Origin: Eledone cirrhosa
Taxonomy: Eukaryota
DNA length: 64,000 nt
Reading direction: 5' to 3'
NCBI GenBank assembly: GCA_964016885.1
Contig: OZ024744.1
Span: forward strand, 51,956,001-52,020,000
Below the pieces are notes generated by a model that searched no databases, was not told the DNA's origin, and saw only the letters and a program-made list of their open reading frames with translations. Shown piece by piece: positions 53,901-64,000 of the stretch. Both the position numbers and the translations under genes were made by a program. Position 1 is the stretch's first letter, and every line of letters begins with the position of its first letter.

Positions 53901-55850
53901 GTGGTGGTATTGGTGGTCTTGGTGGTGGTATTGGTGGTGGTATTGGTGGTGGTGGTGGTGTTGGTGGTGGTATTGGTGGATTTTGTGGTGGTGTTGGTGG
54001 TGGCATTGGTGGTGTTGGTGGTGGCATTGGTGGTGTTGGTGGTGGCATTGGTGGTGTTGGTGGTGGTATTGGTGGTGTTGGTGGAGTTGGTGGTGTTGGT
54101 GGTGGTATTGGTGTTGGTGGTGTTGGTGGTGATATTGGTGTTGGTGGTGTTGGTGGTTGTATTGGTGATGTTGTTGATGGTGTTGGTGTTGTTGGTGGAG
54201 GTGTTGGTGGTGTTGGTGGTGGTATTGGTGTTGTTCGTTGTTGTGTTGGTGTTGTTGGTGGTGGTGTTGGTATTGGGTTTGTGGAGGTGGTGGTGGTGGT
54301 TACTGTTGTTGGTGATGTCAGTGTTGTTGGTGGTATTGGTGGCGTTGTTGGTGGTATTGGTGGTGTTGGTGGTGGTATTGGTGGTGTTGGTGGTTGTATT
54401 GGTGGTGTTGGTGGTGTTGGTGGTGGTATTGGTGGTGTTGGTGGTTGTATTGGTGGTGTTGGTGGTGTTGGTGGTGGTATTGGTGGCGTTGTTGGTGGTG
54501 TTGGTGGTGTTGGTGGTGGTATTGGTGGTGTTGGTGGTGTTGGTGGTGGTATTGGTGGTGATGGTGGTTGTATTGGTGGTGTTGGTGGTATTGTTGGTGG
54601 TGTTGGTTGTTGGTATTGGTGGTGGTATTGGTGGTGTTGGTGGTGGTATTGGTGGTGTTGGTGGTGTTGGTGGTGGTGTTGGTGGTGGCATTGGTGGTGT
54701 TGGTGGTGGTGTTGGTGGTATTGGTGGTGGTATTGGTGGTGTTGGTGGTGGTGATGGTGGTGTTGGTGGTGGTATTGGTGGTGGTATTGGTGGTGTTGGT
54801 GGTGTTGGGGGTGTTGTTGGTGGTATTGGTGGTGGTATTGGTGGTGTTGGTGGTGGTATTGGTGGTGGTATTGGTGGTGCTGGTAGTGGTATTGGTGGTG
54901 TTGGTGGTGGTATTGGTGGTGGTATTGGTGGTGGTATTGGTGGTGGTATTGGTGGTGTTGATGGTGTTATTGTTGCTGTTGGTGGTTGTATTGGTGCTGT
55001 TGCTGGTGGTATTGGTGGTGTTGGTATTGGTGTTGGTATTGGTGGTGGTATCGGTGGTGCTATTGGTGGTGTTGGTGGTGGAATTGGTGGTGTTGGTGGC
55101 ATTGGTTGTGTTAGTGTTGTTGGTGGCATTGGTGGTGTTGGTGGTGCTAGTGTTGTTGTTGGTGGTGATGGTGGTTTTGCTGGTGGTATTGGTGGTGGTG
55201 GTGTTTTGGTTTGAGGAGCTGTAGGTGGTTGTTGTTGTTAGTGTTCGTTTTGTTGGTGGTGGTGGTGGTGTAGACGGTGGTCGTGTAGATGGTGTTGTTG
55301 GTGGTGTTGTTGGTGAAGACAGCGATGGTGGTAGTGTTGGTTGCTTTTGATGTTGTTGTTGGCGTTTGTCGAGGTGTTGGTGATTGTGATAGTGTTGTTG
55401 TCATTTTGTGGTTATTCTGATAATCGTGATAGCGATGGTGGTGGTGGTGGTGGTGTTGGTGTTTGTGTTGGGTACGGTGAGAGTCACGGTGGTGGTGATG
55501 ATGGTTATTATGATGATAGTGATAGTTGTGGTGACGGTGATGCTATTGGTGGTGGGTCGTGGGGCTGCGGTTGAGGCGGTGATGGAGATGATAGAGGTGA
55601 TTGTGGTGATGGTGATTGTGATGCAGGCGGTAATGTTGGTGATAGTGCGGCGTGGGAGGCTAGGGTGGGTTGGGTAGGGGGTAATGGTGATGTTAGTGGT
55701 GGTGGTGACTGTGATGGAGATAGTTGCGGTTGGGTTGGTGGCAGTCATGATACCAGTGGTGTCGGTGCAATTAGTAACGGAGGTGGTGATAATGAGAGTA
55801 AGGGGTAATGATGAGGGGGTGTGCTCGTCGATCGATGATGACCACTGCAT
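50983..55850. repeat. Degenerate trinucleotide tract (GGT/GTT/ATT)n with an internal 234-bp triplication
   Basis: Seen directly. The marker GGTGGTGGTATTAGTGATGG region recurs with period 234 (ORF starts 52171, 52405, 52639). The tract decays after about 55210. Confidence 0.97.
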
Positions 55851-55899
55851 GGGCGTAAGCGGCAGTCAATTGTATGTGTAATTGTATCTGTGGGAGATA

Positions 55900-56750
<851 letters not shown>

Positions 56751-56869
56751 GATGAACAGGCGGCGAACAGTTTGAATGTGAGTTATATTACAGTTACAAG
56801 GATGTTTTTTTTCACCCTCCAGCGAAATTTTTACCCCCTCCCCCACCCACATGCAAACGGAAATGAAAA

Positions 56870-57640
56870 ACACAGAAATACCCAGACATACACACATAAA
56901 CACATAGAAATACACAGACATACACACATAAACACATAGAAAGACACAGACATACACACATAAACACATAGAATTACACAGACATACACACATAAACACA
57001 TAGAAAGACACAGACATACACACATAAACACATAGAAAGACACAGACATACACACATAAACACATAGAAATACACAGACATACACACATAAACACATAGA
57101 AAGACACAGACATACACACATAAACACATAGAATTACACAGACATACACACATAAACACATAGAAATACACAGACATACACACATAAACACATAGAAAGA
57201 CACAGACATACACACATAAACACATAGAATTACACAGACATACACACATAAACACATAGAAATACACAGACATACACACATAAACACATAGAAAGACACA
57301 GACATACACACATAAACACAGAAATACACAGACATACACACATAAACACATAGAATACACAGACATACACACATAAACACATAGAAAGACACAGACATAC
57401 ACACATAAACACATAGAAATACACAGACATACACACATAAACACATAGAAAGACACAGACATACACACATAAACACATAGAAAGACACAGACATACACAC
57501 ATAAACACATAGAAATACACAGACATACACATACACACATAAGCACATAGAAATACACAGACATACACACATAAACACATAGAAATACACAGACATACAC
57601 ATATAAACACATAGAAATACACAGACATACACATAAACAT
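56870..57640. repeat. 32-bp minisatellite (CACAGACATACACACATAAACACATAGAAAGA / ...AAATA), about 24 copies
   Basis: Seen directly. Confidence 0.95.
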
Positions 57641-57986
57641 AGGTACACACACGTACACATAAATACCCGTACACACACGTAGTATCACCAATACGCACTA
57701 ACTCCTACACATGTAAGCACACATATGAACAAAAACATACACGCACACAAACACACAAATAAGCACACATAGAAATGACCCCGTACACAAGAAACTATTT
57801 TAAACATGCAGAAACACATACAGCACACAATTCATCTACACACATAAGCACATATATAAACACGTACAAACATAAAATTACGCACACAAAACACACAAAC
57901 ACACACACACACATACAGACACACACGCACACACAGAGACACATACACATACACACACACACACACATACACTTCATCTCCTCCAT

Positions 57987-60900
57987 CACTACACCACACT
58001 ACACCACACCACACTACACCACACTGCACTACACTACACCACACTACACTACGCCACACCACACTACAGCACACTGCACTATACTACACCACACTACAGC
58101 ACACTAAACTACACCACATCACACTACAGCACACTGCACTACACTACACCACGATACAGCACACTACACTACACTACACTACACCACACCACACTACAGC
58201 ATACTACACTACACTACATTACATCACACTACACTATACTACACCACCTCACACTACAGCACACTGCACTACACTACACCACACTACAGCACACTACACT
58301 ACACTACACTACACTACACTACACTACACTACACCACACTACACCACACTACAACACACCACAATACACTACACTACACTACACCACACTACACCACACT
58401 ACAACACACCACACTATACTATACTACACTACACTAAACCACACCACACTACACTACACAACACTACAACACACTACACTACACCACACTACACCACACT
58501 ACAACACACCACACTACACTACACCACACTACACTACACTACACTACAACACACCACACTACACCACACCACACCACACTAGAACACACCACACTACACT
58601 ACACCACACTACACCACACCACACTACACCACACTACACCACGCTACACTACACCACACTACACCACACTACACTACACCATACTACACCACACTACACC
58701 ACACCATACTACACCACACTACACAACACTACACTACACCACACCACACTACAACACACTACACTACTTTACACTACACTAAACTACATTACACCACACT
58801 ACACTTCATCACACTACACCACACTACACCACAACATACTACACCACACCACACTACACTACAACACACTACACCATACTACACCACAATACACCACACT
58901 ACACCACACCATATTACACCACACTACACCACACTACACTACACCTCACTACACCACACTACACCATACTACACCACACCACACTACGCTACACCACACT
59001 ACACCACACTACACTAGACTACACCACACTACACCACACTACACTACACCATACTACACCACACCACACTACGCTACACCACACTACACCACACTACACT
59101 ACACTACACCACAACACCCTACTCTACACTACACCACACTACAACACACCACACTACACCGTACAACACCACACCACACTATACTACACTACACTACACT
59201 ACACTACACTACACTACACTACACTACACTACACTACATTACACTACACCACACTACACCACGCCACACTACATCACACCACAATACACAACACCACAGT
59301 ACACCACACCACACTACACTACACCAGACTACTCTACACCACATCACACCACACCACACCACAATACACCACACCGCACTACACTACACTACACCATACT
59401 ACACTACACCACACCACACTACACTACATCACACTACACCACACTACACCACACTACACTACACCACACCACAATACACCACACTACACCACACAACACC
59501 ACACTACACTACACCACACTACACCACACTACACCACACCACACTACACCACACTACACCACACTACAATACACCACACCACACTACACCACAGTACACC
59601 ACAATGCACTACACTTACACCACACTACACCACACTACACCACAATACACTACACCACACTACACTACACATTACTACACTACACTACACCGCACTACAC
59701 CACACTACACCACACTACACTACACTACACCACACCACACTACACCACACTACACTACACCACACTACACCACACTACACTACTCTATACTACATCACAC
59801 TACACTACACATTACTACACTACACCACACTACACTACACCACACTACACCACACTACACCACACTACACCACACTACACTACACCACACCACACTACAC
59901 TACTCTATACTACATCACAATACACTACACCACACTACACTACACATTACTACACTACACTACACCACACTACACCACACTACACCACACTACACTACAC
60001 CACACCACACTACACCACACTACACTACTCTATACTACATCACACTACACTACACATTACTACACTACACCACACTACACTACACATTACTACACTACAC
60101 TACACCACACTACACCACACTACACCACACTACACTACACCACACCACACTACACCACACTACACCACACTACAATACTCCACACCACACTACACCACAG
60201 TACACCACAATACACTACACTACACCACACTACACCACACTACACCACAATACACTACACCACACTACACCACAGTACACCACAGTACACCACACCACAC
60301 TACACCACACTACACCACACTACACCACACTACACCACACTACACTACTCTATACTACATCACACTACACTACACCACACTACACTACACTACACCACAC
60401 TACACCACACTACACTACACTACACCACACTACATCATACCCCACCACACTACACCACACTACACCACAGTACACCACAGTACACCACACCACACTACAC
60501 CACACTACACTACACCACACCACACTACACCACACTACACCACACTACACCACACTACACTACACCACACCACACTACACCACACTACACCACACTACAA
60601 TACACCACACCACACTACACCACAGTACACCACAATACACTACACTACACCACACTACACCACACTACACCACAATACACTACACCACACTACACTACAC
60701 ATTACTACACTACACTACACCGCACTACACCACACTACACCACACTACACTACACTACACCACACCACACTACACCACACTACACTACACCACACTACAC
60801 CACACTACACTACTCTATACTACAGCACACTACACTACACATTACTACACTACACCACACTACACTACACCACACTACACCACACTACACCACACCACAC

Positions 60901-62900
60901 TACACTACACTACACCACACCACACTACACTACTCTATACTACATCACAATACACTACACCACACTACACTACACATTACTACACTACACTACACCACAC
61001 TACACCACACTACACCACACTACACTACACCACACCACACTACACCACACTACACCACACTACAATACTCCACACCACACTACACCACAGTACACCACAA
61101 TACACTACACTACACCACACTACACCACACTACACCACAATACACTACACCACACTACACCACAGTACACCACAGTACACCACACCACACTACACCACAC
61201 TACACCACACTACACCACACTACACCACACTACACTACTCTATACTACATCACACTACACTACACCACACTACACTACACTACACCACACTACACCACAC
61301 TACACTACACTACACCACACTACATCATACCCCACCACACTACACCACACTACACCACAGTACACCACAGTACACCACACCACACTACACCACACTACAC
61401 TACACCACACCACACTACACCACACTACACCACACTACACCACACTACACTACACCACACCACACTACACCACACTACACCACACTACAATACACCACAC
61501 CACACTACACCACAGTACACCACAATACACTACACTACACCACACTACACCACACTACACCACAATACACTACACCACACTACACTACACATTACTACAC
61601 TACACTACACCGCACTACACCACACTACACCACACTACACTACACTACACCACACCACACTACACCACACTACACTACACCACACTACACCACACTACAC
61701 TACTCTATACTACAGCACACTACACTACACATTACTACACTACACCACACTACACTACACCACACTACACCACACTACACCACACCACACTACACTACAC
61801 TACACCACACCACACTACACTACTCTATACTACATCACAATACACTACACCACACTACACTACACATTACTACACTACACTACACTACACCACACCACAC
61901 CACACCACACCACACTACACCACACTACACCACACTACACTACACTACACCACACTACACCACACTACACCACACTACACCACACTACACCACACTACAC
62001 CACACTACACCACACTACACCACACTACACCACACTACACCACACTACATCACACTACACTACACATTACTACACTACACCACACTACACTACACATTAC
62101 TACACTACACTACACCACACTACACCACACTACACCACACTACACTACACCACACCACACTACACCACACTACACTACACTACACCACACCACACTACAC
62201 CACACTACACTACACCACACTACACCACACTACACCACACTACACTACACCACACCACACTACACCATACTACACTACACCGCACTACACCACACTACAC
62301 CACACTACACTACACTACACCACACCACACTACACCACACTACACTACACCACACTACACCACACTACACTACTCTATACTACATCACACTACACTACAC
62401 ATTACTACACTACACCACACTACACTACACCACACTACACCACACTACACCACACTACACCACACTACACTACACTACACCACACTACACCACACTACAC
62501 TACACCACACCACACTACACCACACTACACTACACTACACCACACCACACTACACCACACTACACTACACCACACTACACCACACTACACCACACTACAC
62601 TACACCACACCACACTACACCACACTACACTACACTACACCACACCACACTACACCACACTACACCAGACCACACTACACCACACTACACTACACCACAC
62701 CACACTACACCACACTACACTACACCACACTACACTACACCACACCACACTACACTACACCACACCACACTACACTACACCCCACCACACTACACCACAC
62801 TACACTACTCTATACTACATCACACTACACTACACCACACTACACTATACCACACTACACCACACTACATCATACCCCACCACACTACACCACACCCTAC
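57987..62900. repeat. Pentanucleotide tract (CACTA/CACCA)n with an 890-bp internal duplication
   Basis: Seen directly. Markers TACAATACTC at 60171/61061 and TACATCATACCCC at 60431/61321. Confidence 0.97.
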
Positions 62901-63149
62901 ACACTGTTACCCTATACACCCCCATACACTCTACCTACACACCATCGCCTCTGCCTTCTCAACCACACTTCATCTTTTTACATCACAGTTGAGCCACTGC
63001 ACCTACTCTGCACTTCACACCTATTTCCAACCCCTTAACCCCACCCCCACCCCAGGAAACCACCTACCCCCACCCCCACCTTCGTCTCAGACTGCCACCT
63101 CCAAATCCATTTCCATTCCCTAAGCATCATCAACAGTATTTCACAAAAT

Positions 63150-63960
63150 CACCACACCACCACAACCACCACCACCACCACATCACCGCCACCACTACAT
63201 CATCACCTCATCACCACCAAAACATCATCACCACCACCACATTACCACCACCACCACATTCATCACCATCACCACATCCATCAACGCCCCCCACACACAC
63301 ACACACAGACACACCACCGCCACATCACCACCAACACATCATCACCACCACCACCACCACCACCACATCACTACCAACACACCACCACCACCACCACATT
63401 ACCACCACCACCATCACACTACATTCATCACCATCACCACATCCATCAACCCCCCCACACACACACACAGACACATCACCACCAACACATCATCACCACC
63501 ACCACCACCACCACCACATCACTACCAACACACCACCACCACCACCACATTACCACCACCACCATCACACTACATTCATCACCATCACCACATCCATCAA
63601 CCCCCCCACACACACACCACCGCCACATCACCACCAACACATCATCACCACCACCACCACCACCACCACATCACTACCAACACACCACCACCACCACCAC
63701 ATTACCACCACCACCATCACACTACATTCATCACCACATCCATAACCCCCCCCCCCCCCACACACACACACACACCACCGCCTCATCACCACCAACACAT
63801 CATCACCACCACCACCACCACCACCACATCACTACCAACACACCACCACCACTACCACATTACCACCACCACCATCACACTACATTCATCACCACATCCA
63901 TCACCCCCCCCCACACACACACACCACCGCCTCATCACCACCAACACATCATCACCAACA
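63150..63960. repeat. (CAC)n-based compound minisatellite, unit about 150-165 bp, about 5 copies
   Basis: ACATCCAT..CCCCCC(CA)n recurs near 63275, 63440, 63590, 63737 and 63895. Confidence 0.88.
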
Positions 63961-64000
63961 CGACATCGTCACTTCGTCACTTGTCCACCAGTTATAAGCA

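Noticed and set aside
50772-55214. 1480-aa Gly/Val-rich and 1386-aa Pro/Thr-rich proteins
   Set aside because: Translation of a stop-poor trinucleotide repeat. Composition flips between W/C, G/V and V/L blocks as the register slips.
59604-63038. 1144-aa His/Thr/Tyr-rich mucin-like or metal-binding ORF
   Set aside because: (CACYA)n cannot form stop codons on this strand. There is no signal peptide or unique domain.

Overview
Eukaryotic, almost entirely repetitive DNA, most likely from an octopus or another coleoid cephalopod. That assignment is inferred from two SINEs resembling octopus families as I recall them and from the very high microsatellite density. Bases 1-39107 are one tandem satellite of about 960-970 monomers of 40/41 bp, open at the left edge, with several higher-order duplications. 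At its right edge the satellite runs in frame into a decayed L2/CR1-group LINE endonuclease, which suggests the monomer was amplified from LINE coding sequence. Next come a Tigger-like MITE, a decayed SINE, a 5.2-kb pseudogenised L1-Tx1 retrotransposon with (TATC)n on both flanks, and an L2-like RT remnant split by a MetaSINE. A 1.4-kb (TA)n region holds four minimal hammerhead-ribozyme motifs of the Penelope terminal-repeat type. The last 13 kb are simple repeats and minisatellites whose strand polarity flips at about 56.8 kb. No intact protein-coding gene is supported. Two candidate frame-preserving small exons are flagged. The long ORFs in the supplied track come from repeats or transposons. 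All family calls are from motif reading by eye, not database searches.
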